A stretch of 64,000 nt of DNA. Origin: a virus. Position numbers and translations under genes: made by a program. Positions 45,457 to 53,803 of the stretch are shown one piece after another; the stretch's first letter is position 1, and each line of letters begins with the position of its first letter. Under the pieces are notes generated by a model. That model ran no database searches. It saw nothing but the letters and a program-made list of their open reading frames with translations, and was not told where the DNA came from. The DNA is taken from positions 34,574-98,573 of the IMG/VR virus record IMGVR_UViG_3300045988_140174. One strand, written 5' to 3'.

Positions 45457-45643
45457 TGAATTTAATACGCGCACTTACATCGACAAACTGATGAATCTGG
45501 ATATGGCGTTGGAGCGTCTGGACGGTCTGTTTGATGCGATTAGCGTAGCGATGCACGAAAAGGAAATTGAGGAAGCTGAGTATGACATTCAGCGCATCTA
45601 CGAGTTCCGCAATTATATCGACAAAATGATGGAGGGCGAATAA
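45437..45643 (+). CDS. hypothetical protein, about 68 aa (start ambiguous, 45431-45443)
   Basis: MKMKMKL start region overlapping the upstream gene. Confidence 0.45.
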   Translation: MKMKLSDEFNTRTYIDKLMNLDMALERLDGLFDAISVAMHEKEIEEAEYDIQRIYEFRNYIDKMMEGE

Positions 45644-45816
45644 TGAATATTCCTACTACTGTTAATAAGGTCGAAGCCAATGCCTGTCTGATGAACATTC
45701 GGACTGAGATTGATGCTCTGGTCAAACACGGCGAACTGGATAACGACGAGGGTTGTTATATGGCTCATTGTTTGAATATCATTGATACCTACATCAATAG
45801 GGGTGATGCGGAATGA
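45643..45816 (+). CDS. hypothetical protein, 57 aa
   Basis: TAATG overlap. Confidence 0.5.
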   Translation: MNIPTTVNKVEANACLMNIRTEIDALVKHGELDNDEGCYMAHCLNIIDTYINRGDAE

Positions 45817-46097
45817 CTAAATATTTCCACATTACCATCACTACCGCGCTTAGGGACAAGGACGAGTTTTATGTCTATTTCAGAGGTAATACTGAGGACG
45901 AAATCTATTATACGCTTCACGACTTTATTGAAGATAACTTGGACGAGATTGCGACTAAGTATTTTGATAGCGATGAAATCGTTAAGCGTGGTATGACTGA
46001 AGATTATTACTTTCACGAGTCCGAGGCCGACTATGATGAAATCACCGAAACTGAATACCGCGAAGCAATGAATCAAATTTTTGGCAATCTCGATTAA
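45813..46097 (+). CDS. hypothetical acidic protein, 94 aa
   Basis: ATGA overlap. Confidence 0.6.
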   Translation: MTKYFHITITTALRDKDEFYVYFRGNTEDEIYYTLHDFIEDNLDEIATKYFDSDEIVKRGMTEDYYFHESEADYDEITETEYREAMNQIFGNLD

Positions 46098-46109
46098 GGA
46101 GGTAGTCAA

Positions 46110-46472
46110 ATGAAGAAAATAGATTTAGACCGTTTTATGATTTGGGTCTGTCTGATATTACTCTTGGGTATGATGATTTGGGTAGTAGTTAAGACGGTCC
46201 ATAAGGCGGAGCAAGGTCGTGTAAACGGCCCAGCAAACAAAATGGAAGAACTACAAGACGGAAGTTTTTTCCCCGTTGATAGTGAGCGATTCCTGAAAAT
46301 AGACAGTGGTGAGGTATGCGGGCATACAGCCACAGTGTATGCCGATTCTATTACTGGCATTATGTATATTTTCGTCGGTGGATATGGCAGTTTTTGTCCG
46401 CTATATAATGAGGATGGGTCATTGATGATATATGACCCAAGCGAGGAAATGGTTGATGTTGGACTCGATTAA
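46110..46472 (+). CDS. membrane-anchored protein, 120 aa (paralog of 46456..46749)
   Basis: RBS AAGGAGGTAGTCAA-ATG; N-terminal transmembrane helix. Confidence 0.6.
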   Translation: MKKIDLDRFMIWVCLILLLGMMIWVVVKTVHKAEQGRVNGPANKMEELQDGSFFPVDSERFLKIDSGEVCGHTATVYADSITGIMYIFVGGYGSFCPLYNEDGSLMIYDPSEEMVDVGLD

Positions 46473-46749
46473 GAAATATTTTGGAACAGCGTGCCTGACT
46501 GCGGCGATTTTGTTGGTGGCGATTATGTTTATTAGCATTTTCTCGTCATTTAAGCCTAATACCGTCGATGATGGCATTGTATTTCCAGAAGATAGAGAAC
46601 TATTTATCCCAGTTGATAAGGGCGAGGTGCTAGGTGGAGACGCATACGCGGTCGCTGACCGAAATACTGGCGTCGTATATATTTATACAAATGGAGCACT
46701 CTCGCCCTTATATGATAAGGAAGGAAATTTAATTATTTATGAGCATTGA
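46456..46749 (+). CDS. membrane-anchored protein, about 97 aa (paralog of 46110..46472)
   Basis: shared F.P.D.E.F..ID.GEV.G....YA...TG..YI...G...PLY...G.L.IY pattern. Confidence 0.55.
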   Translation: MLDSIKKYFGTACLTAAILLVAIMFISIFSSFKPNTVDDGIVFPEDRELFIPVDKGEVLGGDAYAVADRNTGVVYIYTNGALSPLYDKEGNLIIYEH

Positions 46750-46999
46750 AATTAAAAGTGGTTGGGTAAATGCCCTTGATAGCGTGCCCAGTGATTATCC
46801 GTCTCTCAAAGATAAGGGTAAGGCCTATGTCGTTCATACTGCGCCTGTTTATCGGGGTCGCCCTGATATGACCGAAGAGAGTTATTCAGTAAGTTATTGG
46901 GATTATGATAACCAAGTTTGGGGCAATATCTGTGAAGGTGATATTGTTCTTCATTGGATGCCATTTATAAAATGGTTTATGGAGGGTCCTAATGCATAA
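46739..46999 (+). CDS. hypothetical protein, 86 aa
   Basis: ORF. Confidence 0.55.
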   Translation: MSIEIKSGWVNALDSVPSDYPSLKDKGKAYVVHTAPVYRGRPDMTEESYSVSYWDYDNQVWGNICEGDIVLHWMPFIKWFMEGPNA

Positions 47000-47678
47000 G
47001 TTTCTGTGTATGTTGATGGCGGTTTTGATTATTCTGATGTGCGCTGGCTGTGCAGGCGGACCGAAGGGCGAGACTCTCGGCGCTGATAAGCCAGAAGACG
47101 AAGCAGTAAAAATCACTTTCAATGCTGATTTTTACGATAACGCCGGCGACCTGTGGCTGAGTGCGATCGGCTCTACTTTCAATATTGAGCCGAACAAGGT
47201 GAAGGAATATACTTATAGCACCGAAGGATATTGGGAATATAATTGGGCAATGTCTTCTGTAATGTCTGTATATATCGACGGTAAGCAGATTGATTCATGC
47301 GGTTCTACTATTATTTTCGCTGATAACCGCCTTGAAATTCTGAATATGAATATTCCTGAGGTTATTAATACTCACGCCCGCACTAATGACGCTTATATTG
47401 ATGCTAATGAACCTTGGTATAGTATGAATTGGACTGACTATTGGACTGTTCAGTGGTGGTGTATTAACGAGCAGTCTCACGGGCGTACGGTGAAGCCTCG
47501 TGTTGTTGTGATTCAGTCTCAGACGGGCGAGCCTATCCGAATGTATAGCGGGTCTGATGTTAGTTGGGAACTTTGTAAGAATTTGCCCAAGACCACGCAT
47601 ATCACAATTGATGGTATGGATTTGTATGTTCATAGGGCTAATTTTTCAATCATTGATACAAGTATTTTGAAGGGATGA
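46992..47678 (+). CDS. putative lipoprotein, 228 aa
   Basis: signal peptide + lipobox MHKFLCMLMAVLIILMCAGCAGG. Confidence 0.65.
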   Translation: MHKFLCMLMAVLIILMCAGCAGGPKGETLGADKPEDEAVKITFNADFYDNAGDLWLSAIGSTFNIEPNKVKEYTYSTEGYWEYNWAMSSVMSVYIDGKQIDSCGSTIIFADNRLEILNMNIPEVINTHARTNDAYIDANEPWYSMNWTDYWTVQWWCINEQSHGRTVKPRVVVIQSQTGEPIRMYSGSDVSWELCKNLPKTTHITIDGMDLYVHRANFSIIDTSILKG

Positions 47679-47729
47679 GGTCTAGCGCCTCATCCCTTTT
47701 TTGATTTTTATTAAAAAATATTATATAAT
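47671..47729 (+). promoter_or_regulatory. cassette L4: terminator GGGATGAGG-N8-CCTCATCCC + T - TTGATT 47701 - TATAAT 47724
   Basis: conserved cassette. Confidence 0.65.
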
Positions 47730-47762
47730 ATATATATAAGATGAATGAAGGGAATGATACAA

Positions 47763-48479
47763 ATGGTAGCGAAGTCTTTCCAGTCCTACGCCATTGTGAG
47801 CGAGGTATATATGGTTAATGGACGTCAGTATGTGAAGGTCCAGAACCCCAAGAACGGTAGCACTAGACAAGTGCGGTGGTATACCGAGGATGAATACAAT
47901 AAGATGTATGGCGTTGCTGAGCCTCAGAGCATTCCCTTTAAAACTCAGAAAATCGTTCTGGGTTTTGTAAATGATTATATCACCATTTTTAAAAATGGTG
48001 GAATGGACGAAAACAATGAGTATTTTAAGTATTCTCCTGCCCGGTATTGCCGACTGTGGGGCTGGTATTTCCCTTCTGATATCGACCTTCCTGAGGACTT
48101 GCCTACTGACTGTAATCCTATGAAGTTGGAGTGGGCGCTGGTTGGTAATAATGATGAGAAGTTGAAGACTGACGCCGAAATTCACGAGAACATTGATGCT
48201 CTGTTATGGCCGGAACATCCCAGTCAGTATCAGGGCGCCGTTGGTGAGCGCATTGACCGCAGTATCGTGGTTATTCGCAACTATAAACTGGAAACTAATT
48301 ATGGTCATTCCAATATGATGACTTTCGAGGACGAGTCTGGCAATATTTATCTCTGGACTACTACCGCGAAGGATTGGCCCGAGGGCACTAAGCATCGTAT
48401 TCGCGGGACTATAAAAGGTTATAACCTCTATCACAACATTCATCAGACTATACTGACTCGCGTCGCGGAGGTAAGATAA
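47763..48479 (+). CDS. hypothetical protein, 238 aa (alternative start 47745)
   Basis: ORF after cassette. Confidence 0.6.
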   Translation: MVAKSFQSYAIVSEVYMVNGRQYVKVQNPKNGSTRQVRWYTEDEYNKMYGVAEPQSIPFKTQKIVLGFVNDYITIFKNGGMDENNEYFKYSPARYCRLWGWYFPSDIDLPEDLPTDCNPMKLEWALVGNNDEKLKTDAEIHENIDALLWPEHPSQYQGAVGERIDRSIVVIRNYKLETNYGHSNMMTFEDESGNIYLWTTTAKDWPEGTKHRIRGTIKGYNLYHNIHQTILTRVAEVR

Positions 48480-48480
48480 T

Positions 48481-48750
48481 ATGAAAATGTATATTTACTA
48501 CGCCAATCAGGGTATGGAGTTCACCAAGCAGGTAATCATCGCTGAGAACGACACACAAGCCAAAGCGTATGTTGATAACCTGATTTGTAAGGCACTCGCC
48601 AATGGAGAGTCCACGAAGTTTACCGGTCCGATGGAGTTTAATGCGGCGTTTATGATGGATTGTCTCGCTCCTAAAAACATTAGCAATAAGCCGTATCGTC
48701 TGGCAAAGTTTGAATGTGAAATCGAAGAAAGACCTTGGGGGGAAATGTAA
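48481..48750 (+). CDS. hypothetical protein, 89 aa
   Basis: ORF. Confidence 0.6.
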   Translation: MKMYIYYANQGMEFTKQVIIAENDTQAKAYVDNLICKALANGESTKFTGPMEFNAAFMMDCLAPKNISNKPYRLAKFECEIEERPWGEM

Positions 48751-49151
48751 TGTGCGATTATTGTAATCCTAAGATGTATGACCACGAAGTTTATTACAAT
48801 CCCACTGATGATGCTTGGTATTTCGATATTGAGACCAGTGAGTGGAGTGATTATGATGATGATTTTATTCATATTCAGCGTCAGATAAACTATTGTCCGT
48901 ATTGTGGTCGGCGTCTGCGGTGTAAAAATGAGAAAAATGAAATTCATCTTGACAATTATGATACAGATACTCCCTTCGTTCCCAATCCCACAAATTGTGA
49001 TATGAGTTATTTGAATTATAATAGTTGGACTGGCGATGAAATGACTATGTGTCGTGAGACTCTTAATCATTGTCCAGTAGCAGAGAGAAATGAAAAGTGC
49101 CCAATTATTCCAACTTATGAGGAGACAGTTGCTTATGAAAATCCTTGTTGA
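48750..49151 (+). CDS. Cys-rich hypothetical protein, 133 aa
   Basis: TAATG overlap; CDYC, CPYCG, CPVAE...C motifs. Confidence 0.55.
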   Translation: MCDYCNPKMYDHEVYYNPTDDAWYFDIETSEWSDYDDDFIHIQRQINYCPYCGRRLRCKNEKNEIHLDNYDTDTPFVPNPTNCDMSYLNYNSWTGDEMTMCRETLNHCPVAERNEKCPIIPTYEETVAYENPC

Positions 49152-49425
49152 TGAAATGCCTACTAAGGCTGAAAATTGCCCTTGGTCTTATCCTACTGAA
49201 ATGCCTTGGAATGATCGCACCATTTGGTTTTGTCAGTGGGCTTTGAGTAATGGCGAGACTTGTCCAATGGCAAAAGGCGGTGAGTGCCCCTATTTCACTA
49301 CTATGTCTCGGCAGAGCGACCTTGATTGTATCATTGATGCTTTCAATGCTATTCCTGAGACTTATCCCATTCGCACCCAAGAGGCGAAAGAAATTATTAT
49401 CCGTAATCCCAATAGAAAGGATTGA
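49135..49425 (+). CDS. Cys-rich hypothetical protein, 96 aa
   Basis: internal Met of track ORF 49090. Confidence 0.5.
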   Translation: MKILVDEMPTKAENCPWSYPTEMPWNDRTIWFCQWALSNGETCPMAKGGECPYFTTMSRQSDLDCIIDAFNAIPETYPIRTQEAKEIIIRNPNRKD

Positions 49426-49742
49426 TTGATATGAATATCTATACGTGGCACGTCATTCGATTCAGTGATGCCTATGAACTGTGTAAATATTCCATTAAGA
49501 ATTACGATATTAATTATTTGGATATGTGGGATATGCTCATAACTCAGTGTGAACTATATAGTGAAGACCTCGTTCGCATTGATTTCGTGGAAGATGGTTT
49601 CCTCTCTATGGACGAGAATTTGGATAAGGAAGAGTTCGATTATAATTGTCAGTTCAATTTGATTATCGGCACTATTCGTAAGGAGTGTCTGGCTATGGAT
49701 AATTGGACGGGCAATAAAGTATATGTGGAGATGAACTGGTGA
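49422..49742 (+). CDS. hypothetical protein, about 103 aa
   Basis: track ORF; start ambiguous. Confidence 0.55.
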   Translation: MIDMNIYTWHVIRFSDAYELCKYSIKNYDINYLDMWDMLITQCELYSEDLVRIDFVEDGFLSMDENLDKEEFDYNCQFNLIIGTIRKECLAMDNWTGNKVYVEMNW

Positions 49743-49757
49743 TGAAGAGGTAAAAGA

Positions 49758-49925
49758 ATGATTTATTGTGCGTTTGACCCGTTGAATATCCCCAAGGACC
49801 CGAATACCAATGAGGATATTCACGTTTGTAAGAACTATGGTTCGTTTTTGTGTGCGGAATGTCCAAGTCGATACGACGGCGACCGCATTAAGGAATATAT
49901 GGAGTCTCACCCTCGTGAGCATTGA
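49758..49925 (+). CDS. small Cys-containing protein, 55 aa
   Basis: RBS AGAGGTAAAAGA-ATG; below the ORF-track cutoff. Confidence 0.45.
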   Translation: MIYCAFDPLNIPKDPNTNEDIHVCKNYGSFLCAECPSRYDGDRIKEYMESHPREH

Positions 49926-49934
49926 TACAAAAAT

Positions 49935-49997
49935 AAGGATAGTATTATACTATCCTTATTTTTTTTTATTGATTTTTATTAAAAATTATTATATAAT
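49935..49997 (+). promoter_or_regulatory. cassette L5: terminator AAGGATAGTAT-T-ATACTATCCTT + T9 - TTGATT 49969 - TATAAT 49992
   Basis: conserved cassette. Confidence 0.65.
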
Positions 49998-50029
49998 ATA
50001 TATATAAGGTAAAGGAAGGAAATGGGCTT

Positions 50030-50296
50030 ATGATGTATAAGATTGAGTATGGTCTATATAATATAATTCATGAAGGCCTATGTAAAGGTCGTATATTTAT
50101 TAATGCTTCTAATGTGAAACAGGCTCAATTCCGAGCGACACAGATAGCCCATAGTTTATTTTTTCGTAAAGCGAATGAAAACCGCACTCGGTTTCTTAGC
50201 CAAAAGAAAGTTTATGAAAAAGTAATAAAAGATTTACATTTACCTAATACTTGGGATAAATGGGATACTACATGGGATTATGTTAATAATTTATAG
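50030..50296 (+). CDS. hypothetical protein, 88 aa
   Basis: ORF after cassette. Confidence 0.6.
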   Translation: MMYKIEYGLYNIIHEGLCKGRIFINASNVKQAQFRATQIAHSLFFRKANENRTRFLSQKKVYEKVIKDLHLPNTWDKWDTTWDYVNNL

Positions 50297-50394
50297 TGGT
50301 CAATGATTGATGACTATGTTTGGTATAAAGTAGAAGAAGCCCCTGACATAGCGCCTTCGTTAATACCGACAGTAGAAGAGTGGGAGGAGTTTTA

Positions 50395-50751
50395 ATGTTT
50401 CATAAATATTTGCTTACCTACGGCTGTTATGATGTGGGCGATATAATAACTATGACTCGTTATAGCGAAAGTCTTGAAGAGGCTCTTGAAGATGCTCAAT
50501 GTATTGCCCGTAATCATTTTGAGTATTTGGTTCGTGGAAAGAAAATCAGATGGAATCATTCTATTGGCGAGTTTGTTGAAGAGTATCGAGATAAAGTAAA
50601 ATATTTGACTGGCAAACGTCCGGTGGGTCCGGAATATGAAGGTCAGTCATTCTGGACTCTTGGAGTTAATAAATACAGTGATATGCTTGAAGACCATATT
50701 TGGTATCAGGCAGAGCTGATTGACATTAAAGACCCATTTGAGGAGTTGTAA
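50395..50751 (+). CDS. hypothetical protein, 118 aa
   Basis: RBS GGGAGGAGTTTTA-ATG. Confidence 0.6.
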   Translation: MFHKYLLTYGCYDVGDIITMTRYSESLEEALEDAQCIARNHFEYLVRGKKIRWNHSIGEFVEEYRDKVKYLTGKRPVGPEYEGQSFWTLGVNKYSDMLEDHIWYQAELIDIKDPFEEL

Positions 50752-50753
50752 TT

Positions 50754-51062
50754 ATGAATTATCGTTATCATATAAAATATGGTTTGAGGTCTGATGACCG
50801 AGCCCGTTCCGCATTTATTGTTTGCGATCCCGGCGTGGTCAATATGCGCGCTCAGACTATCGTAGATGCTTTCTATGATAATTTGGTTGAGCAGGGTGTT
50901 ATCTTTGATAATACTATTGACTATTATGTCGAGCAAGTTCGTGATGAACTGGCCAAAGAACATATCCAGTGGGCTGAGGAGGCTATTTGGGTAGATGCGT
51001 ATACGCGCTATTATACTCATCGTTCTCTCGCTACTTGGTATCAGGTTGAGGAGGCATATTAA
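50754..51062 (+). CDS. hypothetical protein, 102 aa
   Basis: ORF. Confidence 0.6.
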   Translation: MNYRYHIKYGLRSDDRARSAFIVCDPGVVNMRAQTIVDAFYDNLVEQGVIFDNTIDYYVEQVRDELAKEHIQWAEEAIWVDAYTRYYTHRSLATWYQVEEAY

Positions 51063-51211
51063 TGGATTACACAGATGTGTTTGCTAGCATTATCAAAGAG
51101 GCTGTTAACGCCGATTTGGTTGACTGGTATGTAGATACTTATTTCTGTGGTAATTGGCATATGTTCGAAGACGCATACCGCAGAGAGTTTGGCAAAAATC
51201 TATTCGATTGA
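51062..51211 (+). CDS. small protein, 49 aa
   Basis: TAATG overlap; below the track cutoff. Confidence 0.4.
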   Translation: MDYTDVFASIIKEAVNADLVDWYVDTYFCGNWHMFEDAYRREFGKNLFD

Positions 51212-51237
51212 TTTTTTAAAAAAAAATATAATATAAT
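51208..51237 (+). promoter_or_regulatory. cassette L6 promoter TTGATT-18-TATAAT; here ATATATAAG abuts the ATG with no spacer or RBS
   Basis: conserved cassette sequence. Confidence 0.55.
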
Positions 51238-51248
51238 ATATATATAAG

Positions 51249-51416
51249 ATGAAAGAAGAAATTAAAAAAGCACTTGAATGTTGTGCTGAATTTATATGTG
51301 ATGAATGTCCATATAAAAAATATGATACAGATATGGAAACATATCCTCTGAAATGTTCTCATAGATTGATTATGGATTTATATAATGAACTGAAAGGAAT
51401 TGATGAATATGATTAA
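51249..51416 (+). CDS. small Cys-rich protein, 55 aa
   Basis: ORF begins inside the cassette motif; CCAEFICDECP...C. Confidence 0.4.
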   Translation: MKEEIKKALECCAEFICDECPYKKYDTDMETYPLKCSHRLIMDLYNELKGIDEYD

Positions 51417-51717
51417 GGCTTTGGTTCTGGACGATGGCTATCACGATAAGGACGTTGTAATGTTCTATGAGGATAAGAGTCTGTTGAAGGTTAGCCTGGC
51501 GTATTTCATTAATATCCATCTGTGTGTTCCTCATCACGAGGACTATCAGGTTAGGACTGTTCATTATGAGGGTATTGAGGACAATGATTTGATTGATATG
51601 TTTGATGAACTCAATCGTATGAAGTCTGTTGCCCGTATTGACGATGAAGATTTGGTCTGGTATTTTCAGAAGTTGTATGATTCTGATGAAGTTGTAGATG
51701 GGTGTGATATTTACTAA
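51409..51717 (+). CDS. hypothetical protein, 102 aa
   Basis: track ORF (internal Met). Confidence 0.6.
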   Translation: MIKALVLDDGYHDKDVVMFYEDKSLLKVSLAYFINIHLCVPHHEDYQVRTVHYEGIEDNDLIDMFDELNRMKSVARIDDEDLVWYFQKLYDSDEVVDGCDIY

Positions 51718-51956
51718 TGACTATCTATAAGATTAAATATATTCTCGACATAGAAGAAGATTATTACCTGTTCCTTGCTGATGCCATTGACGCCGGCAAT
51801 CACTATATTGATAGAATTGCCGAAGAAGAGGGTGATTGGGACGATATGATGATTACCTATGCTAAGAATTGTTTGAAGAACAATCTTGAATTCAAAGACG
51901 TAGTAAAGATTGATGAGATTGAGGCGCGCGCTTCACGAAATTCTGTTAATTGGTAA
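51717..51956 (+). CDS. hypothetical protein, 79 aa
   Basis: TAATG overlap. Confidence 0.6.
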   Translation: MTIYKIKYILDIEEDYYLFLADAIDAGNHYIDRIAEEEGDWDDMMITYAKNCLKNNLEFKDVVKIDEIEARASRNSVNW

Positions 51957-51994
51957 TAGAATGTCCGAAATTTCGATAACGCAGGTGATAAATT

Positions 51995-52168
51995 ATGTTT
52001 AATATGAATGACCCGTTTTGGCCCTATGCGAAGCACACCCAAGAGGTAGAAGATATTATTGACGCGCTGGTTCATGCGGACGCGGGCAATTATACTATTG
52101 ACGTCGATGATGACCTGTCGCAGTCTGACCTCGACTATATTAAGTCCGAAGTAATGCGACGTAGGTAG
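51995..52168 (+). CDS. small acidic protein, 57 aa; terminates at TAG 52166
   Basis: RBS GCAGGTGATAAATT-ATG; the TAG stop is embedded in the next gene's RBS (TAGGAGGAAG). Confidence 0.45.
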   Translation: MFNMNDPFWPYAKHTQEVEDIIDALVHADAGNYTIDVDDDLSQSDLDYIKSEVMRRR

Positions 52169-52178
52169 GAGGAAGATA

Positions 52179-53669
52179 ATGGCAACAATTAAGAGTCCCA
52201 CTCTGTATGTTAAATGCTCTCAGTTTGCGTTTGATGAACTGTTTGAGAAGTTTAATAAGGCAGTCAAGCAAAAGCAATATAAGAAGTTTGATTACGATGC
52301 TTGGTGTAAGATTCGTAAGACAATTAAGGAACATTGTTCCAAAGTTGATAAGAAAATCATTCCAACATCTATTCATTTTGACGTTGATACAAAAAAAGTA
52401 TTCGTTGAAAATGTTCCAAACTTTTATTTTGATGATAAATCCTTCGGTCAGTTCCTTGTCAATGAGTTGACCCCTCAATTTATTATCAAAGTATTGATGT
52501 GCGGCATTGAGGTAAAAGAAGCCACTGAGTATGTCATTTCTACAAAGCCTACCACAGCAGAATTGAATTGGAAGAGAGAAATGACTACTAACGATAAATA
52601 TTATTACAAGAATATCATTAAGCAGTATAAGGAAACCAATAACTATTACAACGATGTATATGAAAAAATTTACACCGATGCTGATAAGTATTCATCTGCT
52701 TATGCAACCGCTCAGCCCTCTAATTTGAGTTGGGATGGTATTACAAGTGGCCCTATCGCGGATAATACTGCGACTAAGGCAACTACCAATACTGAGAAGC
52801 TGGATGGTTTTACTATTGATTGGAATGCGCCTACCAGCACTACTAAGCCTATTACCAATGCTATAAAGCCGGATAGTCTCACTCTTGATTGGTTTGCGAC
52901 TACAAGTAGCACTAAACCTATTAGTGCGGACGATTTGGTTTCTGTTGCCAAACTTAATACCAGGGCTGATGTTATCAAGCCTTGCGCTGACCAGGTAAGC
53001 ATTTGCTGTGATGACCTGTGTAAAAACTGTAAGAATTACGAAAAAAAGGATAATGAAGAAAAGGAGAATAAAATGAAGGGTTTCAATTTTGATTTCGGTA
53101 AGATTACCAACGATTCCATCCGTATGTCTATGTATGGTATGGCTGTTAAGAATGCTTCTGGTGTCTGGACTGCCTATGATAAGGGCACTGGCGACCTGAT
53201 GGATGTTGACGTGTTCAATTTCGATGGTTCCAATTTCCTGTTCAAGATGCCTGTGGCTATCAAGGACATTGCGGTGAGCGATGTCGTTATCCACGCACGC
53301 AAGCCTATGTTCGTTATCAGCAAGACTGAGGCCGGCGATCTGATTGCCATTGACCCCGTGGCTGGTGAGAAGAAGACTATTATGCCTTCCAAGAATATGT
53401 TTGGCTTCAATTTCGCTACTAAGGTTGTGTCTCTGTTCGACAACCTGATGGGCCAGACTCCCACTTCTGAGAACCCCTTTGGCAATATGTGGATGCTGAT
53501 GCTGATGGATGGCAAGTCCGATATGAAGGATATGCTGATTCCTATGATGCTGATGAGCCAGGCCAATGGTTCTACCAATGCGTTTAACCCTATGATGCTG
53601 ATGCTGATGAATGATGGCGATATGAAGGACATGGCTATCCCTCTGATGCTGATGAATCAGGTTAAGTAA
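52179..53669 (+). CDS. large hypothetical protein, 496 aa, with C-terminal Met-rich repeats
   Basis: repeats NPFGNMWMLMLMDGKSDMKDMLIPMMLMSQ / NPMMLMLMNDGDMKDMAIPLMLMNQ. Confidence 0.7.
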   Translation: MATIKSPTLYVKCSQFAFDELFEKFNKAVKQKQYKKFDYDAWCKIRKTIKEHCSKVDKKIIPTSIHFDVDTKKVFVENVPNFYFDDKSFGQFLVNELTPQFIIKVLMCGIEVKEATEYVISTKPTTAELNWKREMTTNDKYYYKNIIKQYKETNNYYNDVYEKIYTDADKYSSAYATAQPSNLSWDGITSGPIADNTATKATTNTEKLDGFTIDWNAPTSTTKPITNAIKPDSLTLDWFATTSSTKPISADDLVSVAKLNTRADVIKPCADQVSICCDDLCKNCKNYEKKDNEEKENKMKGFNFDFGKITNDSIRMSMYGMAVKNASGVWTAYDKGTGDLMDVDVFNFDGSNFLFKMPVAIKDIAVSDVVIHARKPMFVISKTEAGDLIAIDPVAGEKKTIMPSKNMFGFNFATKVVSLFDNLMGQTPTSENPFGNMWMLMLMDGKSDMKDMLIPMMLMSQANGSTNAFNPMMLMLMNDGDMKDMAIPLMLMNQVK

Positions 53670-53707
53670 TATATCCCCCCAGTTTGTTGATTTCATCCCC
53701 CAAAAAT

Positions 53708-53769
53708 AAGGGTCTTACCTCTCGGCGGTAAGACCCTTATTTGATTTTTTTATAAATTTATAATATAAT
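53708..53769 (+). promoter_or_regulatory. cassette L7: terminator AAGGGTCTTACC-N7-GGTAAGACCCTT + T - TTGATT 53741 - TATAAT 53764
   Basis: conserved cassette. Confidence 0.7.
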
Positions 53770-53803
53770 ATATATATAAGATGAAGAAAGGAAATGATAC
53801 AAA

